A stretch of DNA of 64,000 nt from Candidatus Avibacteroides excrementipullorum (GCA_018711405.1 DVIH01000088.1:26633-90632), one strand, 5' to 3'; positions 1-11,515 are shown, counted from the first letter of the stretch. Notes: a model not told the origin generated them from the letters alone. Program-made: numbers and translations.

Positions 1-870
1 CGCAGTCTGACTATTCAAGGAGACACCAATGATTACTGGATTACAGATAAAACCGGCGTTTTGTTCCAACAATATGATTCAATCACGCAAGGGGTAAAAA
101 ACGGGCAACCTGTTTATGCCAAATTGCAGATTATAGATGCCGGACATTCGGAAGAAGGCTTTGCCAAAAATTATGATAAAGTGTTGGAGGTTGTCGGGAT
201 TGACAATCTTGTCTCATATAGTATGGATTTGCGATTGTTCAGGGAAGGCATACGGACTGAATCCGTAAACGGAGAGAAAAATTCCTGTTATATCCTTTTT
301 AGCCGGGATTCGTTGCATGCTTACCTGTACAAACCCGGTAATGAAGAAAAGGAAAGACTGCAACGGCGCACCTTGCCTAACGGGAAACATGTATGGAACA
401 TTGAGGATGACGACACTAAGAATTTGAGCTTCTCAGACGGATGCTGGACTGTCAGCCAAAGAGATAAGATACTGTTCAAGCAATCCCCAAGCGACAATAA
501 TAATGATTTGGGAAACTGGGTTGAAGAGCATTACACTGGAGTGCTTCCTGCGGCCGATTCTCCGGGAATCAACTATCAATTGTATGTCCGCCATCGGGAG
601 TACAGCGGAGACGGGCAATTCCTTTTACAACTTACCTACATGGAAGCCGACAACGGCAAAGATGCCATATACAACTATATGGGCAGACGGTTCACTTTAC
701 GCGGCATCCCCGCAAACAACGATGCTACAGTATGGCAACTCGTATCCGACAACGGGGAAAACACCTTTAACTTTCTTTATGGAACAGACGGACTTACGCT
801 AACGCTTCTGAACAACCATTTTGAAACACCCAAATCCGAATTGGATTATTCCCTCAGAAAGGCCGATTAA
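1..870 (+). CDS. hypothetical protein with NlpE-N-like segment (5' end probably off-window)
   Basis: Frame 1 is open from nt 1, with no stop before the TTG listed at 61, so the CDS likely begins upstream of the window. The stop is at 868-870. The segment HYTGVLPAADSPGINYQLYV resembles the Y-x-G-x-LPCADCxGI core of NlpE N-terminal domains, but both Cys are replaced. Confidence 0.6.
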   Translation, partial: RSLTIQGDTNDYWITDKTGVLFQQYDSITQGVKNGQPVYAKLQIIDAGHSEEGFAKNYDKVLEVVGIDNLVSYSMDLRLFREGIRTESVNGEKNSCYILFSRDSLHAYLYKPGNEEKERLQRRTLPNGKHVWNIEDDDTKNLSFSDGCWTVSQRDKILFKQSPSDNNNDLGNWVEEHYTGVLPAADSPGINYQLYVRHREYSGDGQFLLQLTYMEADNGKDAIYNYMGRRFTLRGIPANNDATVWQLVSDNGENTFNFLYGTDGLTLTLLNNHFETPKSELDYSLRKAD

Positions 871-928
871 ACAGAGTTCTGTCGTCTTGCCCAAACTTCT
901 TTTGAGAAGAATTTCAAATATTCCGGCT

Positions 929-1501
929 TTATTTGTCCCCAAATCCTTTTACAATGGCACAGGCTTCAATATAGTCCAATATATTTATGACAGAATCCTG
1001 CTTTTCCCTGTCTAATTGATTAAAAAAGAGCGTATCGTTTTCCCATCCGTAGGTTTTGAACAAAGCATCCAAAGAATCTTTCTTTTCTTTCAACAGACTT
1101 CTATATAAAGAGGATATATCATAACTGCCGGGTGCCGTAATTTGAAATGCCCCGCTTTCCAATCTCATATTTACACATGGCGCGGTAATTACGGAATCAT
1201 TGAACACGAATCCTATCCGCTTGCCGACAAGCTGCTCTGTCGAGTCTGCCCATGCCCGCAATTTATGCTTGCTTACGCTTCCTATTATCACTGTCTTTCC
1301 GAAAAAGTCTGTATCAATCCGTAAGGAAGCAAACTCCTTTACAGTAACTATAGGCCGGGAAGCGATGCTATCTTTTCGCCCGTCTATAATGCGATACCAA
1401 CCGTTTTCCAGATGCTTGGTTGATTGAGAATGACCGGAATTATTAATACAGCCCAAACAAACAGCACTTGACAAAATTACGAATAGTATTATGGTTTTCA
1501 T
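929..1501 (-). CDS. hypothetical lipoprotein
   Basis: 190-aa ORF. The N-terminus MKTIILFVILSSAVCLGC has a signal peptide and a lipobox-like Cys. No recognisable catalytic motif. Confidence 0.6.
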   Translation of the reverse strand: MKTIILFVILSSAVCLGCINNSGHSQSTKHLENGWYRIIDGRKDSIASRPIVTVKEFASLRIDTDFFGKTVIIGSVSKHKLRAWADSTEQLVGKRIGFVFNDSVITAPCVNMRLESGAFQITAPGSYDISSLYRSLLKEKKDSLDALFKTYGWENDTLFFNQLDREKQDSVINILDYIEACAIVKGFGDK

Positions 1502-1809
1502 TGTACAATTTCTCCTTTCTTCAAATATCCGGTATTGGATTCACGAGACTCTCCCCACACTTTTTTTTCAACGATGCAGGCATATCTGCACTCTTGCTAT
1601 TTTGTCAGAAAACCCACTTACAACAACCAATAAAAAAAGCAATGTGAACAGAAACTTTTCATAACCTATCTTGTAATGACAATCAAAGATAACAGAAAAG
1701 AATGACCTGAGCAATTATTAAACTTTCATCGGATGACTGATTTTGCAAACTCAACATTCAAAAAAGAATAAAAAAAAGCACATCTTGCCGCTCTTACGCC
1801 GAAATGTAG

Positions 1810-1817
1810 TAATTTTG
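1810..1817 (+). promoter_or_regulatory. candidate Bacteroidetes -7 promoter element (TAATTTTG) for typA
   Basis: Exact match to the TAnnTTTG -7 consensus of Bacteroides sigma-A promoters, 28 nt upstream of the typA ATG. Only a partial -33 (CTTG) lies about 24 nt upstream. Confidence 0.45.
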
Positions 1818-1844
1818 CCACGATTTCCATTTTAACATATATTT

Positions 1845-3647
1845 ATGCAAAACATAAGAAACATTGCAATCATTGCCCATGTGGATCATGGAAAAACCAC
1901 ATTGGTGGACAAGATGATGTTGGCCGGACACCTGTTCCGCGATGACAAGACCGATGGCGAACTTGTGCTCGACAACAACGAAATAGAAAGGGAAAGAGGA
2001 ATCACGATACTCTCCAAAAACGTATCGATCAATTATAAAGGTACGAAAATCAACATCATCGACACTCCGGGACACGCAGACTTCGGAGGAGAAGTGGAAC
2101 GTGTGCTCAATATGGCCGATGGATGCCTGCTGCTGGTGGATGCTTTCGAAGGCCCCATGCCGCAAACGCGGTTTGTGCTGCAAAAAGCATTGCAGATAGG
2201 CCTGAAGCCAATAGTGGTGGTCAACAAAGTAGACAAACCCAACTGCCGCCCCGAAGAGGTCTATGAAATGGTATTCGACCTGATGTTCAGCCTGAACGCC
2301 ACCGAAGACCAGCTCAACTTCCCCGTAGTATACGGCTCGGCCAAAAACAACTGGATGGGAGCCGACTGGAAGACACCGACAAACGACATCACATATCTGC
2401 TCGACACCATAATCGACACCATACCCGCCCCGAAACAACTGGACGGAACACCGCAGATGTTGATAACATCGCTCGACTACTCATCTTATCAGGGACGAAT
2501 AGCTGTGGGACGTGTGCACAGAGGCACACTGACCGATGGCATGAACATAACCCTTGCCAAAAGAGACGGCTCTTTCGTAAAGACTAAAATAAAAGAACTG
2601 CAAACCTTCGAGGGATTGGGCAGGAAAAAAACCGAAGCCGTATCATCGGGTGACATCTGTGCCATTATCGGCATAGACGACTTCGAAATAGGCGACACGG
2701 TGTGCGATTACGACAACCCGGAGCCGTTGCCGACCATAGCAATAGACGAGCCGACCATGAGTATGCTCTTTACCATCAACGACTCCCCGTTTTTCGGACG
2801 AGACGGCAAATACGTCACGTCAAGACACATCAACGACCGTCTGGAAAAAGAACTCGAGAAAAACCTTGCGCTCAGGGTCAAAAAATGCGAAGACACCGAC
2901 AAGTGGATAGTCTACGGACGAGGCGTGCTGCACCTCTCCGTGCTGATAGAAACCATGAGACGCGAAGGCTATGAACTGCAGATAGGCCAGCCGCAAGTGA
3001 TATACAAGGAAATAGACGGTGTGAAATGCGAACCTATAGAAGAACTCACCATAAGCGTGCCTGAAGAATATGCCAGCAAGATGATAGACATGGTAACCAG
3101 ACGCAAAGGCGAAATGAAATCCATGGAAACACAGGGAGACCGCATCAACCTGGAATTCGACGTACCGTCGCGAGGCATCATAGGACTGAGAACCAACGTA
3201 CTGACCGCATCGGCAGGAGAAGCCATCATGGCACACAGATATAAAGAATACCAGCCGTATAAGGGCGACATAGAACGCCGTGTCAACGGCTCCATGATAG
3301 CAATGGAAAGCGGCACCGCTTTCGCCTATGCCATAGACAAACTGCAAGACCGAGGACGTTTCTTCATCTTCCCGCAAGAAGAAGTCTACGCCGGCCAGGT
3401 TGTGGGAGAACATGTGCATGAGAACGACCTTGTAATCAACGTGACCAAATCGAAAAAACTGACCAACATGCGCGCCTCCGGTTCCGATGAGAAAGCCAGG
3501 ATAATACCGCCGGCAAGATTCTCTCTGGAAGAAGCATTGGAATTCATCAAGGAAGACGAATATGTGGAAGTAACCCCCAAAGCCATGAGGATGAGAAAAA
3601 TAATCCTCAACGAATTGGAAAGGAAAAGAGCAAACAAGAATCTATAA
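1845..3647 (+). CDS. typA: translational GTPase TypA/BipA
   Basis: 600 aa. GTPase motifs are AHVDHGKTT (G1), DTPGHADF (G3) and NKVD (G4). The EF-G-like domain layout and length are typical of BipA. Confidence 0.95.
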   Translation: MQNIRNIAIIAHVDHGKTTLVDKMMLAGHLFRDDKTDGELVLDNNEIERERGITILSKNVSINYKGTKINIIDTPGHADFGGEVERVLNMADGCLLLVDAFEGPMPQTRFVLQKALQIGLKPIVVVNKVDKPNCRPEEVYEMVFDLMFSLNATEDQLNFPVVYGSAKNNWMGADWKTPTNDITYLLDTIIDTIPAPKQLDGTPQMLITSLDYSSYQGRIAVGRVHRGTLTDGMNITLAKRDGSFVKTKIKELQTFEGLGRKKTEAVSSGDICAIIGIDDFEIGDTVCDYDNPEPLPTIAIDEPTMSMLFTINDSPFFGRDGKYVTSRHINDRLEKELEKNLALRVKKCEDTDKWIVYGRGVLHLSVLIETMRREGYELQIGQPQVIYKEIDGVKCEPIEELTISVPEEYASKMIDMVTRRKGEMKSMETQGDRINLEFDVPSRGIIGLRTNVLTASAGEAIMAHRYKEYQPYKGDIERRVNGSMIAMESGTAFAYAIDKLQDRGRFFIFPQEEVYAGQVVGEHVHENDLVINVTKSKKLTNMRASGSDEKARIIPPARFSLEEALEFIKEDEYVEVTPKAMRMRKIILNELERKRANKNL

Positions 3648-3675
3648 TTTCTTCATAATTTTTTGGTTTGAGTGC

Positions 3676-3717
3676 GGGCTGCGTCCAAATGAGAATTTCA
3701 AGGCGCAGCCCTTTTTA
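3676..3717 (+). terminator. putative intrinsic terminator after typA
   Basis: GGGCTGCG (3676-3683) pairs with CGCAGCCC (3704-3711) and is followed by TTTTT. The loop is rather long, about 20 nt. Confidence 0.5.
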
Positions 3718-3810
3718 TGAAACGACATAACATATACTCGAAAAAAGAATCATTTACAGCCTATTTTTCAACAAAAAAACGCAAGTTCAAGAAAAAAACT
3801 TGCACAAACA

Positions 3811-3842
3811 TTTGCACGTGAAGAAAAAACACCATACCTTTG
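3811..3842 (+). promoter_or_regulatory. candidate promoter (-33 TTTG / -7 TACCTTTG) for tRNA-Val
   Basis: TTTG at 3811-3814 and TACCTTTG at 3835-3842. The 24-nt start-to-start spacing fits the Bacteroides -33/-7 architecture. The tRNA begins 23 nt downstream. Confidence 0.5.
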
Positions 3843-3864
3843 CAACGCTTTTGAAAAGCAATTG

Positions 3865-3939
3865 GGGTGTTTAGCTCAGCTGGTTCAGAGCATCTGCCTT
3901 ACAAGCAGAGGGTCGGCGGTTCGAATCCGTCAACGCCCA
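3865..3939 (+). tRNA. tRNA-Val (anticodon TAC)
   Basis: 75-nt cloverleaf. The acceptor stem is GGGTGTT/AACGCCC with one G-U pair. The D-loop contains AGCTCAGCTGGTTCAGAGC. The anticodon stem TCTGC/GCAGA carries the loop CTTACAA. The T-arm is GGCGGTTCGAATCCGTC and the discriminator is A. Confidence 0.93.
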
Positions 3940-3979
3940 CAACACCAAACACAAACTGATAGATAATCAATAGAAGCGG

Positions 3980-4012
3980 ATACGACATAATTGAGTTTAT
4001 GCCGTATTTTTT
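3980..4012 (+). terminator. putative intrinsic terminator after tRNA-Val
   Basis: ATACGACATAA (3980-3990) pairs with TTATGCCGTAT (3997-4007). This gives an 11-bp stem with one mismatch and a 6-nt loop, running into a T6 tract. Confidence 0.55.
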
Positions 4013-4027
4013 ATATACCGACAGGAT

Positions 4028-5047
4028 ATGAACATCTACAATATACTGAAGCTGTTCGGCAACATAAACAGCCCAAGAGTGAAACTGGCAGGACTGTGGA
4101 TGTTGCATATCATGAAACGAAGATACATCGGAATATACATCGACCCGGTGCTGAGCTGCAATTTCAGATGCCGCATGTGTTACTTCAGCGATGAAAACAG
4201 ACGCAAAGAACTGCATGGCAAAATGAAAATGAAAGACATCGGGGAAATAGCAGATGCACTGTTTCACAGAGCATTGAAACTACAGATAGGATGCGGAGCC
4301 GAACCTACACTCTACCCTGCCCTACCCGACATAATAAAACTTGGCAAACAGCATGGAGTCCCATACATATCGCTGACGACAAACGGCAGCCTGCTCAATG
4401 AAGAGAAACTGGAAGCACTCATCGAAGCCGGACTTGATGAAATAACATTATCAACGCACGGCATAAAAAAATCCACATACGAGTATCTTATGGCGAACGG
4501 CAGCCACGAACACTTCACCGCCCTGCTTGCCGCCCTGAGAAACATCAAAAACAAATATCCGCAATTTAAAACCAGGATAAACTACACCATAAACGAAGAC
4601 AACACAGAAGAACTTAAAGACTTCTGGAACCTATTCAAAGACACCAGGATAGACATTCTCCAGATAAGGCCCATACAAAAGATAGGTGAAAGCGAATATC
4701 AGAATTTCGCTTTGGAAAAAACAGAAAGCATATACCGCTCCATAATCGGCCCGCTGCTTGAAGAATGCAAACGCAGAAACGTCACATGTCTCGTGCCATC
4801 AGAAAAGAGTTTTCGCGCCATAACAACCGACAGCAAAGACAACAACAGCATCTTTGAAGAACTGACATATTGCTACATATCACCATCATCATGTTGGCGC
4901 GATGACTTCGATTTTCACACCGACACCTTTGAATCATACTCAAAACGCAAACATACGGCAAGCGAAATAGCAAAATCCGTATTTAGCCCGCACAGAAACA
5001 TGACACACAAGAATGTCACACGAAAAATGAACTACACCGTAAAATAA
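4028..5047 (+). CDS. radical SAM domain protein (function unknown)
   Basis: 339 aa. It carries the canonical CxxxCxxC cluster motif (CNFRCRMCYF) near the N-terminus, followed by a GCGAEPTL-type SAM-binding region. Confidence 0.85.
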   Translation: MNIYNILKLFGNINSPRVKLAGLWMLHIMKRRYIGIYIDPVLSCNFRCRMCYFSDENRRKELHGKMKMKDIGEIADALFHRALKLQIGCGAEPTLYPALPDIIKLGKQHGVPYISLTTNGSLLNEEKLEALIEAGLDEITLSTHGIKKSTYEYLMANGSHEHFTALLAALRNIKNKYPQFKTRINYTINEDNTEELKDFWNLFKDTRIDILQIRPIQKIGESEYQNFALEKTESIYRSIIGPLLEECKRRNVTCLVPSEKSFRAITTDSKDNNSIFEELTYCYISPSSCWRDDFDFHTDTFESYSKRKHTASEIAKSVFSPHRNMTHKNVTRKMNYTVK

Positions 5048-5265
5048 ACTCCCGCACAACAGACTGGGCACATCCACACAAGACATTTCATCTCCTGCCG
5101 AAAATTATTGATAACTTGTCGAAAACATTTAAGCTTTTTATATGCTTTTTTCTATAGTATTATGTAATTTTACAGCCGGAAACACCTGTTTTTTCAGCAA
5201 TCAATAATTATTGATACACTGAAACTTGCAGGCTATGATTTAAACTTAAACTTAAAACATCGGAA

Positions 5266-6189
5266 ATGACAGACGACAAGACCGAAAAAACAGCCTACCA
5301 TATACCCGTCCTGCTCGAAAAAAGCGTGGAAGGATTAAACATACGTCCCGACGGAACATACGTGGATGTCACGTTCGGAGGGGGAGGACATTCAAGGCGC
5401 ATATTAAGCCTGCTCGGCGATAAAGGACGACTGTTCGGTTTTGACCAGGACGAGGATGCTTTACAAAACTCCCCCGCCGACAAACGGTTCACTTTCGTCA
5501 GAAGCAACTTCAGATTTCTGAAAAACTTCATGCGCTATTATGGCATAGAACATGTAGACGGCATCCTGGCCGATCTCGGAGTCTCGTCTCACCACTTCGA
5601 TGATAAAGACAGAGGATTTTCTTTCAGATTCGAAGGAAAACTTGACATGCGCATGAACCGCGGCTCGTCACTCACGGCAGCCGATGTGGTCAATTCGTAC
5701 AAACAAGAAGATCTGACTCGCCTGTTCAATGTCTACGGAGAACTGAAAAATGCCAACAGACTTGCTGCTGCAATAACAAAGGCCAGAAATAACAACCCCA
5801 TAGAGACCATAAACGACCTGCTGGAATGCGTGAAAGATTTTTTCCGCAAAGACAAAGAAAAAAAAGAAATGGCAAAACTATTCCAAGCCATTCGTATGGA
5901 AGTGAACCACGAAACAGACGCATTGCGCGAAATGTTGCTATCTGCTGTGGATATATTGAAACCTGGCGGACGGCTTTCGGTGATAACATATCACTCCATA
6001 GAAGACAGGATGGTGAAAAATCTGATAAAGTGCGGCAATATAGAAGGGACACTGGAAAAAGACTTTTACGGGCATGTACAAAAGCCGCTCCATGCAGTAA
6101 ACAACAAAGTGATAATCCCGGATGAAAAAGAAATAGAAATAAACCCGCGTTCAAGAAGCGCGAAACTGCGCATAGCTGAAAAAGACTGA
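5266..6189 (+). CDS. rsmH: 16S rRNA (cytosine1402-N4)-methyltransferase RsmH
   Basis: 307 aa. Motifs HIPVLL, DVTFGGGGHS and DLGVSSHHFD are present. It is the first gene of the dcw cluster. Confidence 0.95.
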   Translation: MTDDKTEKTAYHIPVLLEKSVEGLNIRPDGTYVDVTFGGGGHSRRILSLLGDKGRLFGFDQDEDALQNSPADKRFTFVRSNFRFLKNFMRYYGIEHVDGILADLGVSSHHFDDKDRGFSFRFEGKLDMRMNRGSSLTAADVVNSYKQEDLTRLFNVYGELKNANRLAAAITKARNNNPIETINDLLECVKDFFRKDKEKKEMAKLFQAIRMEVNHETDALREMLLSAVDILKPGGRLSVITYHSIEDRMVKNLIKCGNIEGTLEKDFYGHVQKPLHAVNNKVIIPDEKEIEINPRSRSAKLRIAEKD

Positions 6190-6194
6190 CTGAT

Positions 6195-6539
6195 ATGGAA
6201 AACGAACAACAGGAAAAAAACAAGCAAAAAATAAGACTGTCATTATCGGCGATAATGGGAGGCGACTTCCTGCTCATTTTGCAAAAGCAAATAAAACTCA
6301 TCATCCTGATAATAGTTTTATGCATATTCTATATAAGCAACAGATATTCTTTTCAGCAAGAGCAGATAGAGATAACCAGACTGAAAAACCAGCTTGAAAC
6401 TGCACGTTACAAAGCTCAGACACGGTCTTCTCAATTTCTGAAAGCAAGTCGGCAATCAGAATTGCAAAACAAGCTGGATAAAGAGAAAAGCAAACTGACG
6501 ATACCTGCACAGTCGCCTTTCATACTGGAAAAAGATTAA
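6195..6539 (+). CDS. ftsL: FtsL-like cell division protein
   Basis: 114 aa with a single TM segment followed by a coiled-coil-like region. It sits in the conserved position between rsmH and ftsI. Confidence 0.65.
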   Translation: MENEQQEKNKQKIRLSLSAIMGGDFLLILQKQIKLIILIIVLCIFYISNRYSFQQEQIEITRLKNQLETARYKAQTRSSQFLKASRQSELQNKLDKEKSKLTIPAQSPFILEKD

Positions 6540-6563
6540 CAAAAATACAGAGTTTAATGCCCG

Positions 6564-8708
6564 ATGGACGAAAGAGACGATAAAAACAAAGTAATAAAAA
6601 GATACACACTCATAGTAGTCGCAACATTTCTGGTTGGGCTTGCCATAGTGTTGCGTACGAGCTACACCATGTTTGCCAACAACAATTATTGGAAAAAAGT
6701 AGCCGCAAGATATGAGATAGACAGTCTCGCTGTGCATCCGCTGAGGGGTAACATAACGGCATGCGACGGACAACTGCTCGCCACCACACTGCCCGAATAC
6801 AAACTGTACATGGACTTCAAGGCTGACGGCCTTGTAAAAAAAGACACATTGCTGACCAACCATTGGGATGACATTTCGCTATCGCTGCACGAATTGTTTC
6901 CCGACAAAAGCGCAAGCTACTTCAAAGCTAGACTTAAAGAAGGATACCGAAAAAAAAGACGATACCACATGATATATCCATACAGAATCAGCTATATGGA
7001 TTATCTGGAACTGAAAGAAATCCCGTTCTTCAAGCGCGGCAGCAACAACAGCGGCCTCATAGCCGAGAAGATAGAAAACAGAAACAAGCCATTCGGCTCA
7101 CTCGCAGAAAGGACGATAGGCGATGTGTTCAAACAGTCGGGCAAAGCAAGAAGCGGACTGGAGTTATCATTTGACAGCGTACTCAGAGGCAAAGAGGGTG
7201 TGCGACATCTGAGAAAAGTGAAAAATTCTTTTCTGAGCATCATAGACAAAGAAGCCGTGAACGGACTGGATGTCGTAACGACAATAGACGTGGAAATACA
7301 GGATATTGCAGAAAAAGTACTGAAAGACAAGCTCAAAGAAATAAACGCCAACTACGGCTCGGCCATTGTCATGGAAGTGGAAACCGGAGAGATAAAAGCA
7401 ATAGTCAATCTCGACAAAGTTGCCGACAGCGTGTATGTGGAAAACATCAACCATGCATTTGGCGATTTGATGGATCCGGGTTCCACATTCAAGACCGCCT
7501 CACTGCTTGTCGCATTGGACGATGGATATACCACCCCAAGCGACAGCATCGATACTGGAGATGGAGAAAAACTGATGTACGGTTCATACATGCGCGACCA
7601 CAATCATCACAGAGGGGGTTACGGAGTCATATCCACCACACAAGCATTGATGTATTCATCCAACGTAGCAGTATCGGCCATAATAGACAGGGCCTATCAC
7701 GACCAACCGGAAAAATTCGTGGAAGGACTATACAGACTCGGGCTGACAGAGGACTATAAAATACCGCTATCAGATTATAACGTAGCCAGGATACGCATGC
7801 CCAACAAAGAAACATGGTATAAAACCACATTGGCTTGGATGTCAATCGGCTACGAGACAATGGTTCCACCAATTGCAATTCTCACTTTCTACAACGCAGT
7901 AGCCAACAACGGCGTACTGCTGCGTCCAAGACTGGTCAAAGCCCTTGCATCGAATGGAGAAATAGTGGAAGAATACCCTGTAGACGTAATAAGAAAAAGC
8001 ATTGCATCCGACAAAGCCATAGGACAAATACAGGAAATGCTTTACAAAGTGGTAAATGAAAAAGGAGGATTGGGCAAGCCTGCCGGAAATCCATATTTCC
8101 ACGTATCGGGCAAAACCGGAACAGCCCAAGTATCACAAGGCAAAGCAGGCTACAAGACCGGTCGGAGAAAATATCTGGTAAGTTTTGCCGGATATTTCCC
8201 ATCTGAAGCCCCCAAATACAGTTGTATCGTATCAATCCAAAAAGACGGTTATGCTTCCGGAGGTACAATGGCCGGAGATGCATTCGGCAGAATAGCCGAA
8301 AGAATCTATGCAAAGCACTTGCACACCGATCTGAGCCAAGCTGTAGACTCTGATGCCGTATTCGTTCCCGAAATATTGAAAGGCAATATGACATATGCCG
8401 CAAACGTTCTTAACCGGCTCGGCATAAACAGCGATATCAACGATTTTATCAATGAAGATGATTACATTACATGGGGAAAATCTGAGATAAAAGACGGACT
8501 GCTCATATTCAACGAAATGGATTTAGACACGACAGGACACAATGTTCCGGACGTGAGAGGCATGGGAGCGAGAGATGCTGTATACATACTCGAAAACTTA
8601 GGACTGAACGTACGTCTGGAAGGCAGCGGAAAAGTAAAATCACAATCCATCCCGCCCGGACAAAAAGCGCGGAAAGGAAATTATATTACTTTGAAAATGA
8701 GACACTGA
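6564..8708 (+). CDS. ftsI: penicillin-binding protein 3 / FtsI transpeptidase with C-terminal PASTA-like domain
   Basis: 714 aa. Motifs are STFK (SxxK), YSSN (SxN) and KTGTA (KTG). The C-terminal segment [23 protein letters not shown] looks PASTA-like. Confidence 0.93.
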   Translation: MDERDDKNKVIKRYTLIVVATFLVGLAIVLRTSYTMFANNNYWKKVAARYEIDSLAVHPLRGNITACDGQLLATTLPEYKLYMDFKADGLVKKDTLLTNHWDDISLSLHELFPDKSASYFKARLKEGYRKKRRYHMIYPYRISYMDYLELKEIPFFKRGSNNSGLIAEKIENRNKPFGSLAERTIGDVFKQSGKARSGLELSFDSVLRGKEGVRHLRKVKNSFLSIIDKEAVNGLDVVTTIDVEIQDIAEKVLKDKLKEINANYGSAIVMEVETGEIKAIVNLDKVADSVYVENINHAFGDLMDPGSTFKTASLLVALDDGYTTPSDSIDTGDGEKLMYGSYMRDHNHHRGGYGVISTTQALMYSSNVAVSAIIDRAYHDQPEKFVEGLYRLGLTEDYKIPLSDYNVARIRMPNKETWYKTTLAWMSIGYETMVPPIAILTFYNAVANNGVLLRPRLVKALASNGEIVEEYPVDVIRKSIASDKAIGQIQEMLYKVVNEKGGLGKPAGNPYFHVSGKTGTAQVSQGKAGYKTGRRKYLVSFAGYFPSEAPKYSCIVSIQKDGYASGGTMAGDAFGRIAERIYAKHLHTDLSQAVDSDAVFVPEILKGNMTYAANVLNRLGINSDINDFINEDDYITWGKSEIKDGLLIFNEMDLDTTGHNVPDVRGMGARDAVYILENLGLNVRLEGSGKVKSQSIPPGQKARKGNYITLKMRH

Positions 8709-8733
8709 TTTACATCACATAAAAACAGGTACT

Positions 8734-10200
8734 ATGCAACTTAAAGAATTACTCAAGAATACCGGTGCGGCACAAACCTTGTCAATACATGGAAATGCCG
8801 ACATAGATATAACAGGGATAAAAACCGATTCAAGACAAATAAAGGAAAACGACATGTTCATTGCTGTAAAAGGCACACAAACAGATGGTCATGACTACAT
8901 ACCGCAAGCCATAGACAAAGGCGCGACAGTCATAGCTTACCAAAAAGGATATGATATCGATTTCAAAGACGGAGTCACATATATTTGTCTCGAAAACACT
9001 GAAGAAGCGACCGGCCGGCTCGCCACCACGTTTTACGGTGACCCCACATCGAAAATGCAGCTTGTGGGAGTGACCGGAACAAACGGAAAAACAACCATAG
9101 CGACATTGTTGTATCAAATATTCATGAAAGCCGGTTATAAAACAGGCCTTATTTCCACCGTATGCAACTACATCAACGGGAGATCCATACCAACGGAACA
9201 TACCACCCCCGATCCAATAACTCTCAACGCCCTGCTTGCGCAAATGGCTGAAGAAGGCTGCCAATATGCATTCATGGAAGTAAGTTCGCACTCTGTAGCA
9301 CAACACCGTATAGCCGGACTCAAGTTCGCAGGAGGTATATTCACGAACTTAACAAGAGACCATCTCGATTATCACAAGACTTTTGAAAATTACCTTAAAG
9401 CAAAAAAAGCCTTTTTTGACAATCTCCCCGCATACGCATTCGCCATAACCAACGCAGACGACAAAAACGGCAACGTCATGCTTCAGAATACAGTCGCAAA
9501 GAAATACACTTATTCCATAAGAGGAAACGCCGATTTCAAAGCCAGAATTCTGGAATGCCACTTCGAAGGCATGTTGCTCGAAATAAACCGTAAAGAAGTG
9601 ACAGTAAGATTCACGGGGAAATTCAATGCCAGCAACCTGATAGCCGTATACGGAGCCGCCTGTCTGCTCGGTCTGACTGAAGATGATGTGCTTCTGATAT
9701 TAAGCACACTTGTACCTGTGGCCGGACGATTCAATGCCCTGCGTTCAAAACGAGGGTATACCACAATAGTCGACTATGCACATACTCCCGATGCTTTGAT
9801 AAATGTATTGAACGCCATACACGAAGTACTCGACAAGAAAGGCAAAGTCATTACCGTAATCGGCGCCGGAGGCAATCGTGATAAAGGTAAAAGACCGCTC
9901 ATGGCACATGCGGCAGCACAACTGAGCGACAAAATAATCATAACCTCCGACAATCCTCGTTTTGAAGATCCACAAGACATAATCAACGACATGCTCGAAG
10001 GACTTAATGAAGAAGACAGAAAAAAAACTTTATGCAATCCGGACAGGAGAGAAGCCATAAAGACAGCTTGCATGATAGCAGAAAAAAACGATGTAGTACT
10101 CATCGCAGGAAAAGGACATGAAAATTACCAGGAAATAAAAGGAGTGAAGCATCACTTCGATGACAAGGAGGAAATAGAACATATTTTTGAAAACGAATAA
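8734..10200 (+). CDS. murE: UDP-N-acetylmuramoyl-L-alanyl-D-glutamate--2,6-diaminopimelate ligase
   Basis: 488 aa. Mur ligase P-loop [10 protein letters not shown] is present. The DNPR motif (TSDNPRFE) is typical of DAP-adding MurE. Confidence 0.95.
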   Translation: MQLKELLKNTGAAQTLSIHGNADIDITGIKTDSRQIKENDMFIAVKGTQTDGHDYIPQAIDKGATVIAYQKGYDIDFKDGVTYICLENTEEATGRLATTFYGDPTSKMQLVGVTGTNGKTTIATLLYQIFMKAGYKTGLISTVCNYINGRSIPTEHTTPDPITLNALLAQMAEEGCQYAFMEVSSHSVAQHRIAGLKFAGGIFTNLTRDHLDYHKTFENYLKAKKAFFDNLPAYAFAITNADDKNGNVMLQNTVAKKYTYSIRGNADFKARILECHFEGMLLEINRKEVTVRFTGKFNASNLIAVYGAACLLGLTEDDVLLILSTLVPVAGRFNALRSKRGYTTIVDYAHTPDALINVLNAIHEVLDKKGKVITVIGAGGNRDKGKRPLMAHAAAQLSDKIIITSDNPRFEDPQDIINDMLEGLNEEDRKKTLCNPDRREAIKTACMIAEKNDVVLIAGKGHENYQEIKGVKHHFDDKEEIEHIFENE

Positions 10201-10211
10201 AAACTGAATTA

Positions 10212-11480
10212 ATGCTATATTATCTTTTTGATTATCTGAACAAATTAGATATACCCGGAGCCGGCGTCTTCGGCTATGTCTCGTTCCGCGCACTGATCGC
10301 CATCATACTGTCGCTGATCATCTCATCTGCATTCGGCAACTATTTCATCAATTTCCTTAAGAAAAAACAGATATCGGAAGTGCAGAGAGACAAAGAAATA
10401 GACCCGTTCAATGTAAATAAAAAAGGAGTCCCCACCATGGGCGGAATCATTATCATCACGGCAATAATAATACCGTGCCTCCTACTGGGCCGACTTGACA
10501 ACGTATATATGATTCTCATGCTGATCACGACCCTATGGTTGGGAATGCTGGGCTTTTTAGACGACTACATCAAAATATTCAAGAAAAACAAGGAAGGACT
10601 GCCGGGCAAATATAAAATCATAGGGCAAACCTGCTTGGGACTTATCATAGGACTGACACTTTACCTCAGCCCATCGGCCGTAATAAGGGAAAATACAGAA
10701 GTGGTAAAGAAAGACAACACTGTGGAAATAGTTCACAATGAAAAAAACATAAAATCGACCCAGACGACTATACCTTTCTTCAAAAACAATAATTTCGACT
10801 ATGCCGATCTGGTCGGATTCTTGGGGAAAAACGCACAGCCTGTTGGTTGGATCATATTTGTCATAGTCACGATATTCGTTGTCACAGCTGTATCAAACGG
10901 CGCAAATCTAAATGACGGGATGGACGGTATGGCTGCCGGAAACTCTGCCATAATAGGTCTCGCTTTAGGTATATTGGCTTATGTCTCAAGCCACATAGAA
11001 TATGCCAGATACTTGAACATCATGTACATACCCGGCAGTGAAGAACTTGTCATCTTCATTTGCGCTTTTGTTGGAGCATTAATAGGATTCCTATGGTACA
11101 ATGCCTTCCCGGCGCAAGTATTCATGGGCGACACCGGCAGTCTCACCATAGGAGGCATTATTGCCGTATTCGCCATAATCATACACAAGGAGCTTCTCAT
11201 TCCTATACTTTGCGGCGTATTCCTTGTGGAAAACCTATCAGTCATAATGCAAGTGAGATACTACAAAAAAGGAAAAAGGAAAAACGTCAAACAGAGAATA
11301 TTCAAGCGCACACCTATACATGATCATTTCAGAACTACGCTTGCACAGTTGGATCCCGGATGCACATACAAAGTCTTGTGGCCTTCAAATGTATTCCACG
11401 AAGCTAAAATCACAGTGCGTTTCTGGATAATAACCATCGTTTTGGCAGCCATTGCCATAATAACGTTAAAGATAAGATAA
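10212..11480 (+). CDS. mraY: phospho-N-acetylmuramoyl-pentapeptide transferase
   Basis: 422 aa polytopic membrane protein with motifs NLNDGMDGMAAG and FMGDTGSLTIGG. Confidence 0.95.
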   Translation: MLYYLFDYLNKLDIPGAGVFGYVSFRALIAIILSLIISSAFGNYFINFLKKKQISEVQRDKEIDPFNVNKKGVPTMGGIIIITAIIIPCLLLGRLDNVYMILMLITTLWLGMLGFLDDYIKIFKKNKEGLPGKYKIIGQTCLGLIIGLTLYLSPSAVIRENTEVVKKDNTVEIVHNEKNIKSTQTTIPFFKNNNFDYADLVGFLGKNAQPVGWIIFVIVTIFVVTAVSNGANLNDGMDGMAAGNSAIIGLALGILAYVSSHIEYARYLNIMYIPGSEELVIFICAFVGALIGFLWYNAFPAQVFMGDTGSLTIGGIIAVFAIIIHKELLIPILCGVFLVENLSVIMQVRYYKKGKRKNVKQRIFKRTPIHDHFRTTLAQLDPGCTYKVLWPSNVFHEAKITVRFWIITIVLAAIAIITLKIR

Positions 11481-11515
11481 CAACACTTATAAGCTCATTA
11501 AAAGAAAAGACGAAA

